From: an uncultured Verrucomicrobiae bacterium
Lineage (GTDB): Bacteria; Verrucomicrobiota; Verrucomicrobiia; Chthoniobacterales; JAFAMB01
Reading direction: 5' to 3'
DNA length: 64,000 nucleotides
Assembly: GCA_963813025.1 (NCBI GenBank)
Contig: CAWEXO010000013.1
Location: 160,001 to 224,000 of the forward strand
Below, one piece after another: positions 48,681-57,078 of the stretch. Position numbers and translations under genes: made by a program. Every line of letters starts with the position of its first letter. Positions within the stretch are counted from its first letter, which is position 1. The notes beneath the pieces are model-generated. The model saw only the letters and a program-made list of their open reading frames with translations. It was not told the origin of the DNA and did no database searches.

Positions 48681-48730
48681 AGCTTGCATCGCTCGGAAAT
48701 CTCCTCAGGGCTTTGGGAGCGCTGCAGGCT
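48681..48730 (-). repeat. Second copy of the AGCCTGCA hairpin repeat, directly after the TMEM14-like gene stop
   Basis: Minus-strand AGCCTGCAGCGCTCCCAAAGCCCTGAGGAGATTTCCGAGCGATGCAAGCT aligns to 4567-4615. Confidence 0.65.
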
Positions 48731-49038
48731 TAGTGAAACCACGCAGAGAATGTCCACACCAGGGAAACTACACTCAGGACAATCATCGGAACTGCCGGCA
48801 TCGGTTTTCGCTTGGTCAAGTAAGATCGTCCAAAGTGGATCAACAGGACGAGCGAGATCAGCAAGGCCAGGACATAGGCGATCCAGGATGGGACCAGGAA
48901 CGCGGCGATCACCAAGAGCAACGCGGAAACGAGGCCGGCGATGAGAGAGGCGCGGCTACCGGCGCGCACAAACCCAAAAAATCCTCCGACTAGCGAGATC
49001 GCCGCGAAGCACAAGTAGAAGATAGCGACCGCCACCAT
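48730..49038 (-). CDS. TMEM14-family small membrane protein
   Basis: GG..G.V.AGS.ASL.AG, K.MPA motif; about 4 TM. Confidence 0.8.
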   Translation of the reverse strand: MVAVAIFYLCFAAISLVGGFFGFVRAGSRASLIAGLVSALLLVIAAFLVPSWIAYVLALLISLVLLIHFGRSYLTKRKPMPAVPMIVLSVVSLVWTFSAWFH

Positions 49039-49062
49039 GGAGAAGTGCTTGTCGGGCAGCAG

Positions 49063-49923
49063 CTAGCTTGCCTTGGTTTTGGCGTATTCGGCATATTCGG
49101 TCGCCGGCAGGACGGGGAGCCGTTTCACCTGAGCTAGGTAAATAAGACGTTTGACGAACATCGGCAAAAAGGCGACCGACGTCATCGCGAAATTGACGAA
49201 CATTCCGGGAACGATACGTGCGCGGTCTTTGCGCACGGCATCAAGCGCTTGACGCACAACCTCCTGAACCGGTACGATCATGAAATCGGGAGCCATATTC
49301 GTCGACGGGCTGTCGTCCCGGGTGGATTCCCGGAAAAACTCGGTTGGCACCGGCCCCGGACAGAGCACGGTGACAGAGATATTCGCATTACGCAACTCGG
49401 CGCGAATCGCTTCGCTGAAACTCGTAACATACGCCTTTGTCGCCGCATAAACCGCCATATTCGGCAATGGCAGCAAGCTGGCGACGGAACTGACGTTCAG
49501 GATGGCGCCTCCGCCCGCCTTGTGCATTGCGGGTAGGATTCGAAAAGCCAGGTAGGTCAGGGCCGTGATGTTCACCTGTAACATCGCACTGATTCGGTCC
49601 CATGATCCCTGCGCAAACGGGCCGTGGTCGCCTATGCCGGCGTTATTTATCAGGAAATCGACAGAGAGCCCGCTCTCGTCCAGCCAATCGCAAAACCTCT
49701 CGAGCTGAGCCTGGTCGCGCAGGTCTAGTTGCCGGCGAAAAATCTCGATCTGCGGATTGATCACCTTCAGCTCAAGTTCGAGCGCTTCGAGGCGCTCCGA
49801 TCGTCTGGCCACCAGGATCATCGTGCCGACGACTGGGGCAAGTTGCCGGGCAAACTCACGGCCGATCCCGGCCGAGGCGCCGGTGATCAGAACGGTGCAC
49901 TCGGCAAAGTAGCTGATACTCAT
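49063..49923 (-). CDS. Short-chain dehydrogenase/reductase
   Basis: ITGASAGIG, NNAG, YAATK, CPGP..TEF. Confidence 0.93.
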   Translation of the reverse strand: MSISYFAECTVLITGASAGIGREFARQLAPVVGTMILVARRSERLEALELELKVINPQIEIFRRQLDLRDQAQLERFCDWLDESGLSVDFLINNAGIGDHGPFAQGSWDRISAMLQVNITALTYLAFRILPAMHKAGGGAILNVSSVASLLPLPNMAVYAATKAYVTSFSEAIRAELRNANISVTVLCPGPVPTEFFRESTRDDSPSTNMAPDFMIVPVQEVVRQALDAVRKDRARIVPGMFVNFAMTSVAFLPMFVKRLIYLAQVKRLPVLPATEYAEYAKTKAS

Positions 49924-50139
49924 GAGCTTTCTTCTTAAGTTGGATCTTGGCTGCCGTCAATGAGAGGGCCTCGAATGTGTCCGATGGCAGCTGGCATCGT
50001 CCGTAGTCTGGTGGTCGCTCATTTCCAGGCGAAGCCCGCAGGTCAATACTTTCGAACGTGTCTTTCGTCCTTGTTCCGGGAGGGCGAAGATTCACCAGAT
50101 TTGATTGCGGTTACGCCGCATTTTGAAAGATCTTACAAG

Positions 50140-50598
50140 GTGCACGTCCTTTTTGTGATCCTCATTTTGTCTACCGCGGCGCTTTTGGGTAACGAGTTCA
50201 GTATTGCGGTTTTTATTCACCCTGCATTGTCGCGCACCCAGCATGAGAGTTTCCTTCCGGCGATCCAGGCTTTTGCTGCTTTGTTCGGAAAGGTCATGCC
50301 TTTCTGGATGGCCGCAACTCTCCTGCTGCACCTGATTCTCCTGGGCCTCACCTGGCACTGGCCCGCACTTCCAACGGTTCTATTGCTTGCTGCGACGTTG
50401 CTATGGTTTGCTATTATTCTTTTCAGCGTCTGTGGGCCAGTGCCAATCAACGACCGGGTGAAGGCTTGGGACATCGGGAAGCTTCCACCAGATTGGCAAG
50501 AGCAAAGACAGCTCTGGGATCGCCTCAACGCAATTCGGGTCGTGATGATAGCATCAGCGTTTCTCGCGCTGATTGTCGGTTACAAAGTGTTTGTGTGA
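50140..50598 (+). CDS. DUF1772 (anthrone oxygenase-like) membrane protein
   Basis: MPFW, VPIN......P.DW......W...N..R; about 4 TM. Confidence 0.72.
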   Translation: MHVLFVILILSTAALLGNEFSIAVFIHPALSRTQHESFLPAIQAFAALFGKVMPFWMAATLLLHLILLGLTWHWPALPTVLLLAATLLWFAIILFSVCGPVPINDRVKAWDIGKLPPDWQEQRQLWDRLNAIRVVMIASAFLALIVGYKVFV

Positions 50599-50611
50599 GC
50601 TATGCTTCGGT

Positions 50612-50929
50612 ATGAATCCTTCTGCACCGAAGAGGATTGAAGTGGTTGGAGGAGAACTAGCCGTCGTCTGGTCCGATGGCACCGAATCGTACCTGCCCTT
50701 GACGTTTCTGCGGCGCCGCTGCCCGTGCGCGGTTTGCCTGGGAGAGCAAGACCTTGTCGGCCAGGTTCACGGCGGCGGAGCAGCTCAACCAAGTGACAAA
50801 AGCTTTGCGCTGGCTGGCTACGAGTTTGTTGGCGGGTACGCGATTCGCCCGCGTTGGCAAGACGGCCATGACACCGGCATTTTTTCGTTTGATTACCTTC
50901 GTGAACTGGCGGCGAACCGGTCGGACTGA
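50612..50929 (+). CDS. DUF971 / gamma-butyrobetaine dioxygenase N-terminal-like protein
   Basis: W.DG, LR..CPCA.C, VG.YA....W.DGH.TGI.S..YL. Confidence 0.88.
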   Translation: MNPSAPKRIEVVGGELAVVWSDGTESYLPLTFLRRRCPCAVCLGEQDLVGQVHGGGAAQPSDKSFALAGYEFVGGYAIRPRWQDGHDTGIFSFDYLRELAANRSD

Positions 50930-51017
50930 GAACACAAGGATCGCATAGGTCCTATGAGTCCCACAGGACCCATGGATCATGCGTAGCGGCCTGCAACTGG
51001 CACTGACACTGCTATCT

Positions 51018-51586
51018 CTAAAGCCGTGCGGAAACCAACTCCTTAAGCTTGAGCATGCCCCGACGAATTCTGGCTTTTACGGTGCCGAGAGGCTGCTGAA
51101 GCTCCTGCGCAATCTCAATTTGGGTCAGACCGGAAAAGAACGCGAGTTCGATAGCTCCCCGTTGTTCTTTGGAAAGCTGCAGTACCGCGGAGTGGATAAT
51201 GTGACTCTTTTCGATCGCGTCGACCTCATCCGCTGAATCACGCACGGCAATCTGACCGTTCGCCTGCGATTCTTGTTCGATCTGGTCTTTCAACCGGAAT
51301 CGGCGCTGAACCGAGCGGAGCCGGTCGATTGCCTTGTTCCTAGTCAGCGTCATGGCCCAGGTCAGCGGTCTGCCGCGAGCCGAATCATAAAGCTTCAGAT
51401 TTGAATGAAGACGTCTTGTAAGACGTCCTCTGCTTCCCGTTGATCACCCAGAACCTGCAGAGCCGCACAAAACAGCGCTCCCGCAAGGCGGTCGTAGAGC
51501 TGCTCAAAACCGCTTCGGTCCCCTTGACCGACACGCGCCAGCAACTCATTCTCGACTTCCTGATCGTTCAGTGAATCCTTGCGCAT
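51018..51586 (-). pseudogene. ECF sigma factor (SigK-like) with a frameshift at ~51395
   Basis: N-terminal part ...AEDVLQDVFIQI-stop; another frame resumes KLYDSARGRPLTWAMTLTRNKAIDR ... PLGTVKARIRRG. Confidence 0.82.
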
Positions 51587-51674
51587 GCCGAGAACCCTTT
51601 CGCAGGCAAATTCAAGCTAACGGACCGGTCAATAAACGCAAGGCGTGAGCCGCTTCGCGCAAAGTTCTATCCCT

Positions 51675-52946
51675 TTAGGCGGCCAGCGAGGTGCGGACCG
51701 CCTCGAGCGTCCGGTCGAAATCCGTTTCGGTATGTTCCAGGCACAAAAAACCCGCTTCGAACTGTGACGGCGCAAAGTAAACACCGCGCTTTCGGCACCC
51801 ATGAAAAAATCGGCGAAACGCGTCCAGATTGGAACGCTGGGCATCAGCCAGGTTCCAGACGGGATGTTCGCAGAAGAACAGGCAAAACATTGAGCCGATC
51901 CGCTGAAATTGGTAGTCTCTGCCGGACGACCGCAGCAACGCTCGGATGCCGTTCTCAAATTTCTGTCCCAGCTGATCCAGCTTATCATACCCATTCCGGC
52001 GCTCCAGTTCGCTCAACTGGGTCAGTCCCGCAATCATCGCGAGGGGATTACCAGAGAGAGTGCCAGCTTGGTATACCGGACCTTCAGGTGAAAGATAATC
52101 CATGATTTCCGCGCGGCCGCCGAACGCGCCGATCGGGAGACCGCCCCCAATGACTTTACCTAGCGCCGTGAGATCTGGCTCAATGCCGACGATCGACTGA
52201 AATCCGCCTCTGGCCAGGCGAAACCCAGTCATGACCTCATCGAAGATCAAAACGCTGCCTGAAGCCGAACAACCTTTGCGGATTGCTTCGAGAAAGCCTG
52301 GTTTAGGCAAAAACAGACCGGCATTAGCCGGGACCGGTTCGAGAATCACCGCCGCAATGCGACCACCCCATTTCTGAAAGGTGTTATCGAGCGCATCGAA
52401 GTCGTTAAAAGGGATATTGATCGTTAGCGCGGCCAGTTCTTCCGGAACTCCGGCGCTATCGGGATACCCATGAGTCAGAGCGCCGCTTCCCGTCTTCACC
52501 AGCAGCGAATCGACATGTCCATGATAGCAGCCTTCGAACTTCAAAATCATTTTGCGGTTCGTATAGCCACGAGCCAGGCGAATACATGACATCGTGGCCT
52601 CCGTTCCGCTATTTACCATCCGCACCTTTTCGATCGACTTGACCGAGGAGCAGATGATCCGCGCCAGATCAACTTCGAACGGATTAGGGATACCGAAGCT
52701 CAATCCTCGTCCAACAGCGTCGCGGACCGCTTGCACTACCGCGTTCGGTGCGTGACCAAGAATCGCCGGACCCCAGGTGCCGACATAATCGATGTACTCC
52801 CGGCCATCTACATCCCAGATGTGTGCGCCCGCCGCCCGACTGACAAAAAACGGTTCTCCTCCGACGTTGCGAAAGGCTCGCACCGGAGAGTTGACTCCTC
52901 CTGGGATGTAGCGCTTCGCTTCCGTCCATAAGGAGGAGCTGGTCAT
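51675..52946 (-). CDS. hemL: Glutamate-1-semialdehyde 2,1-aminomutase
   Basis: PGGVNSPVRAF, NSGTEA, GCYHGH.D, FDEVMTGFR, GKVIGGGLP, YQAGTLSGNP, PSQFEA. Confidence 0.98.
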   Translation of the reverse strand: MTSSSLWTEAKRYIPGGVNSPVRAFRNVGGEPFFVSRAAGAHIWDVDGREYIDYVGTWGPAILGHAPNAVVQAVRDAVGRGLSFGIPNPFEVDLARIICSSVKSIEKVRMVNSGTEATMSCIRLARGYTNRKMILKFEGCYHGHVDSLLVKTGSGALTHGYPDSAGVPEELAALTINIPFNDFDALDNTFQKWGGRIAAVILEPVPANAGLFLPKPGFLEAIRKGCSASGSVLIFDEVMTGFRLARGGFQSIVGIEPDLTALGKVIGGGLPIGAFGGRAEIMDYLSPEGPVYQAGTLSGNPLAMIAGLTQLSELERRNGYDKLDQLGQKFENGIRALLRSSGRDYQFQRIGSMFCLFFCEHPVWNLADAQRSNLDAFRRFFHGCRKRGVYFAPSQFEAGFLCLEHTETDFDRTLEAVRTSLAA

Positions 52947-53023
52947 CGCTCAAATTATCCGTGGCGGCAGAATCGGCAAGCCAGCCATCCCGCTGCTCCA
53001 CTCACCCGAAAAATCGTTGCAGC

Positions 53024-53050
53024 TGTCCATCTTCCCGAGCGTCGTTCGTT
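53024..53050 (+). promoter_or_regulatory. Putative ECF promoter TGTCC-N18-CGTT
   Basis: Same architecture as 17388-17414; upstream of a YCII/DGPF gene. Confidence 0.5.
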
Positions 53051-53132
53051 CGAGATCGAAGCTGAGGCGAGGTTTGCTGAGCAGCCAATTGTCCAGCGAC
53101 CGGGCCTTCCAACACAGAAAGAGGAAATTCCA

Positions 53133-53576
53133 ATGCGATTTATGATGATTGTCAAAGCCAGCAAAGACTCCGAGGCGGGAAAGTTGCCGAAACCTGCCCT
53201 GCTCGAGGCTATGGGTAAATTCAATGAAGAGATGGCCAAAGCCGGTGTCCTGCTTGCCGGAGAGGGATTGCAGGCGAGTTTGCAAGGCGCGCGCGTCCGG
53301 TTTTCTGGAGGAAAACGAACGGTTACCGATGGTCCGTTTATCGAGACAAAGGAACTGATCGCCGGTTTTTGGCTGATTCAGGTGAATTCAAAAGAGGAGG
53401 CGATTCAGTGGGCCATGCGCGCGCCCGCTCCTCACGGTGAGGATCAGGAAGGAGAAATCGAACTTCGCCGCGTATTCGAGGCATCGGATTTTCCTCCAGA
53501 AATTTTTCCGCCCGAAGCCGTCGGCCGCGAGCAAGCCTTGCGGGACGAGCTGGCGCGGAAAGGTGGGAAGACGTAG
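53133..53576 (+). CDS. YciI/DGPF-family protein
   Basis: MRFMMIVKA, AGVLL..EGL, TDGPF.ETKELIAGFW, IE.R.V; GAGG RBS. Confidence 0.92.
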   Translation: MRFMMIVKASKDSEAGKLPKPALLEAMGKFNEEMAKAGVLLAGEGLQASLQGARVRFSGGKRTVTDGPFIETKELIAGFWLIQVNSKEEAIQWAMRAPAPHGEDQEGEIELRRVFEASDFPPEIFPPEAVGREQALRDELARKGGKT

Positions 53577-53599
53577 AGCAATTGTGCCGGAAAGCGGCT

Positions 53600-54050
53600 C
53601 AAAGAGGACGGCTTCCCGCTTTCCTGTCGGCGTCAGCTCGAAATGGCGTGTCTGCGCGATCGAGGACTGGAGATATAAATTGTGCGGCATGACCGTGGCG
53701 CCAAGAATCCCGATTGCTACATAAAACATCGCGGGATTTCGTAGAATTTCCGGGAAGGAATCGCACCCCAAGCCAATGCCGCTAGGTCGGGCTTCGACAG
53801 AAAGATTTGGATACCGAGGCTTACCGCGATGAGGCCGATCAGCGCGAGTACCAGGGCTTCAATCAGGCGGAACCCTTTACTTTGCAGATACAGAACGGCG
53901 ACCACATCGCAGGCGGTCAAACAAACACCCCAGACCAGAGGCAGTCCGAAGAGCAGATTCAAGGCGATGGCGGAACCGATTACTTCGGCGAGGTCGCAGG
54001 CAGCAATGGCTATTTCGCAACCGATCCAGAGGAGGAAAGTTGACCCATGG
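53600..54050 (-). pseudogene. mntH: Internal fragment of an Nramp/MntH Mn2+ transporter
   Basis: WIGCEIAIAACDLAEVIGSAIALNLLFG..., frameshift at ~53755, then GILGATVMPHNLYL.SS..QTR; both ends missing. Confidence 0.85.
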
Positions 54051-54060
54051 ATGTCAACGC

Positions 54061-54711
54061 CTAATACCGTTCCAACTGCTCCGCCAACAGCGGTAGCAAA
54101 ACTTCCAACCGTTCCGCCAGCCTGGCCGTCAATCCAAGCATGCGACAGCCAAACCTGGCCGCTCGGAGAGCCTCGCCAATGCTCAGTCTTCGGGTCCCGG
54201 TGAATAAGCTCGGTATTTCTTCGTCGACAGTATCTGAGATCATTCGGACGGTGAGAAACGGGATTCGCAGCTGTCGGCCGACTTCCGCCAGGGCAGCCGA
54301 TTCCATATCAATGGCGAGACACCTTGTTTTTCCGCCCAGATCCTTTTTGTCAGCCGACCCGGCGATTTTCGAAATCGCGGCAAATTCTCCAATAGCTTCG
54401 GCCAACCCTGAATGTTTGACGGTCTCCACCAACTCGGCCGACGAGAAATTCGCGGCGGCTACCAGATCGCCCGGACGTAGCAGAGTTCGTGTCGCGCCGG
54501 CAAAACCTGTGTTCAGGAGAAGCGCGGGCGCGAGTTGGCGCACTGTTTCACTGAACCAGTCCAGACGTGTACCGCCAATCCCCACGGCCAATACCGATAC
54601 CTCCGACCCGCCAAACCGGCCCGATACGAGGTGGCGCTGTGACCTGCGCTTCCGGGTCCGCCGGATAACTACCCTGGCCTCCTCGAGAAGCGCAACGGAA
54701 ATGGCCACCAT
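54061..54711 (-). CDS. Nucleoside phosphorylase-fold protein (MTA/SAH nucleosidase/HpnG-like)
   Basis: AL..EA, G.G, N.GFAG, IDMES, PF..VR.ISD. Confidence 0.75.
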   Translation of the reverse strand: MVAISVALLEEARVVIRRTRKRRSQRHLVSGRFGGSEVSVLAVGIGGTRLDWFSETVRQLAPALLLNTGFAGATRTLLRPGDLVAAANFSSAELVETVKHSGLAEAIGEFAAISKIAGSADKKDLGGKTRCLAIDMESAALAEVGRQLRIPFLTVRMISDTVDEEIPSLFTGTRRLSIGEALRAARFGCRMLGLTARLAERLEVLLPLLAEQLERY

Positions 54712-54721
54712 CAATGAGCTT

Positions 54722-54871
54722 AACCACAGATTACACAGATTTTCACAGATTCAGAAGATGTAGGGAAGCACCGTGAAGCCACTATATGGGAATGGTTTCT
54801 CAGCGCGCAGTCGGCTTTTCCGAGATTTTAGCGCCTTCTGAATCGGTGAAAATCTGTGTTAATCTGTGGTT
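54722..54871. repeat. Palindromic element with (CACAGATT)n arms
   Basis: 54722-54757 is the reverse complement of 54835-54871 apart from one indel and one mismatch. Confidence 0.82.
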
Positions 54872-54886
54872 CAATGCTCTTTTTCG

Positions 54887-55333
54887 CTAGCTGGCTGAGG
54901 TCAACCTGACTTCCACAAATACCTCACCGGCCGAGTCTGTCTCTGGTCTTTCTGGAATCGATTTCGAAGGATTTCTCACGGCTTCCATAAAACTCTCTAC
55001 GGCATCTCGAGGAATTTTTGCCAGAACATCCGCGCAGTCGGTCGCTGTCGTGTCGCCTACTGCGGTGCCTCCGAGCCCTATGGCCAGGTTCTTGACTCGG
55101 TCCACCTCCGAACCGAGCGACGCGCCGTCGACCCGGATCTCGATCACTTTGTCGCTCAGCGTGGGCGATCCGAGGCGGTGTTCCGCCGCGCCCTGGAGGT
55201 AATGTTCGATTGGCGCCAGATCCGGCTCGGCAGTAGGCGTCAGGTTGATATTGTGAATAAGGTAGCCGCCGACCGCGCCCATACCTGTTGAGAGCAGCAG
55301 GAAAACTATCCACCGTCGTCCATTCTTAAGCAT
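54887..55333 (-). CDS. Hypothetical membrane-anchored protein
   Basis: Single N-terminal TM; 148-aa ORF filling the gap; no family recognised. Confidence 0.6.
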   Translation of the reverse strand: MLKNGRRWIVFLLLSTGMGAVGGYLIHNINLTPTAEPDLAPIEHYLQGAAEHRLGSPTLSDKVIEIRVDGASLGSEVDRVKNLAIGLGGTAVGDTTATDCADVLAKIPRDAVESFMEAVRNPSKSIPERPETDSAGEVFVEVRLTSAS

Positions 55334-55437
55334 CGGAAATGAGCTTGCCGCCGCCTCTGCAAACTTCTCGTTTACTAAGCGAAGCAGGTCAGCAAGGTTT
55401 ACAGGTCCTAACCTGCATCGGTGAATGGCTAATTCAA

Positions 55438-56445
55438 ATGGAGGCCGAACTCGACGAAGGCAAGATCCTGGTTACCGGGGGGGCCGGGTTTATCGGGAGC
55501 GCGCTGATCTGGGCTCTCAATGTTCAAGGCGTCACTGACATCCTTGTCTGTGATCATCTCGGGACGGATGACAAATGGCGTAACTTAGCGCCGCTGACAT
55601 TTGACGACTTTATTTCAATCGATCACCTGCTTGCGGCAATCGACTCCCGGAGTGGTCGGCTGTCCGAAGTGCGGTGGCTCTTCCATCTGGGAGCTTGCTC
55701 GGCGACGACTGAACGTGATCTCGGATTCCTCCTCCGCAACAACTACGAATACTCGAAGCGATTATGCGAGTGGGCACTACCGCAGAACATTCGATTTGTT
55801 TACGCGTCTTCCGCCGCCACCTATGGCGACGGTTCCGCTGGCATGGCTGATCGCGAGGAAAGTCTGGCGCGCTTGCGTCCGCTTAATGGCTATGGTTACT
55901 CGAAGCATCTATTCGACCTGTACGCGCATCGGCGAGGATACCTGTCATCGATTGTCGGGCTCAAATATTTCAATGTGTTCGGACCGAACGAGTCCCACAA
56001 AGGCGAGCAGCGGAGCTTGGTCAATAAGGCGCTGGACCAGGTGCGGGAGTGCGGCACGATTCAACTCTTCAAGAGTTATCGGCCTGAGTTTCGCGATGGT
56101 GAACAAAAACGGGACTTCCTCTACGTGAAGGACGCGGTCGATATGACCTTGCACCTGGCAACCGCGCGAAATGCCAAAGGCCTGTTCAACCTAGGTTCCG
56201 GGAAAGCGCGCACCTGGCTCGATGCAGCCTCCGCGGTATTTGCGGCTCTCGATCGCAAACCGCGGATCGACTTTATCGAAATGCCGGATGCGCTCCGCGG
56301 GAAATACCAATACTTCACCCAGGCCGATATCGGCAAACTCCGCGACACCGGATATACTGGCCCGCGTTTCAGCCTCGAGTCGGCCGTCGCCGATTACGTC
56401 CAGAACTACTTGCTACCGGGGAAATACCTGGATCCGGCAACCTAG
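55438..56445 (+). CDS. hldD: ADP-L-glycero-D-manno-heptose 6-epimerase
   Basis: VTGGAGFIGS, HLGACS.TTE, YASSAATYG, PLN.YG.SK, YFNVFGP.E.HKG, KYQYFTQAD. Confidence 0.95.
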   Translation: MEAELDEGKILVTGGAGFIGSALIWALNVQGVTDILVCDHLGTDDKWRNLAPLTFDDFISIDHLLAAIDSRSGRLSEVRWLFHLGACSATTERDLGFLLRNNYEYSKRLCEWALPQNIRFVYASSAATYGDGSAGMADREESLARLRPLNGYGYSKHLFDLYAHRRGYLSSIVGLKYFNVFGPNESHKGEQRSLVNKALDQVRECGTIQLFKSYRPEFRDGEQKRDFLYVKDAVDMTLHLATARNAKGLFNLGSGKARTWLDAASAVFAALDRKPRIDFIEMPDALRGKYQYFTQADIGKLRDTGYTGPRFSLESAVADYVQNYLLPGKYLDPAT

Positions 56446-56771
56446 TGCACCGTCTCATATATACCGATGATGTCGTTGCGTTCAAAATGGGCCGCCGGCA
56501 AGCGGTCCGAGCCGGACTGGCAGTAGGAGGAAGCATATCTGAAGCGATACGTGACCGAGGAGAACGACGCCGCCGGCCCGTTTTCAACGCAACCCTTTGG
56601 GCCGCGGCCAGTTGGCTGTTTTTCGGCGTTGCTTCCGCCAGTCCGGCTCGGACCTCGATCCGTATGAATCCAGATATGGACGCTTCTACTGCCAGTCCGG
56701 CTCGGACCGCCTTGAAAAACAGCCAACTGACCTGCGGCGACATCATCGTTATATATGAGACGGCGCACTAG
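56442..56771. mobile_element. CTAG-bounded MITE-like element, full copy C (330 bp, with an internal duplication)
   Basis: CTAGTGCACCGTCTCATAT...ATATGAGACGGCGCACTAG; collinear with 8749-9061; extra CGCCAGTCCGGCTCGGACC at ~56636-56654. Confidence 0.85.
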
Positions 56772-56772
56772 G

Positions 56773-56994
56773 CTAGAGCAAGTCGTCCGACAACACACTG
56801 GTCTTTTCCCGCGCACCCAGGATTTTGGCCTGCGCGATTACCAGCTTTGGGTCGTCGTCAAATCTATAGCCGTGGCAGCTCGGACAGGTAGACACTCTCG
56901 CCGTCACGATCGAATCGCACGATTCGCAAACTTTATAAAGATGCGGTTCCGCCGCGATCTTGGCAGCTTTTGCCGCGCGTTCCGCTAAGGACAT
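56773..56994 (-). CDS. Small zinc-ribbon protein
   Basis: CESC...CPSC motif; 73 aa. Confidence 0.7.
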   Translation of the reverse strand: MSLAERAAKAAKIAAEPHLYKVCESCDSIVTARVSTCPSCHGYRFDDDPKLVIAQAKILGAREKTSVLSDDLL

Positions 56995-57078
56995 GCTACA
57001 GTGTCGCCGAGAGCGAGTTTCGTTGCAAGCCGGCTGAGCGACAAAGCATGCCGGTAAGGCGACGCCGGACGGCCAACC

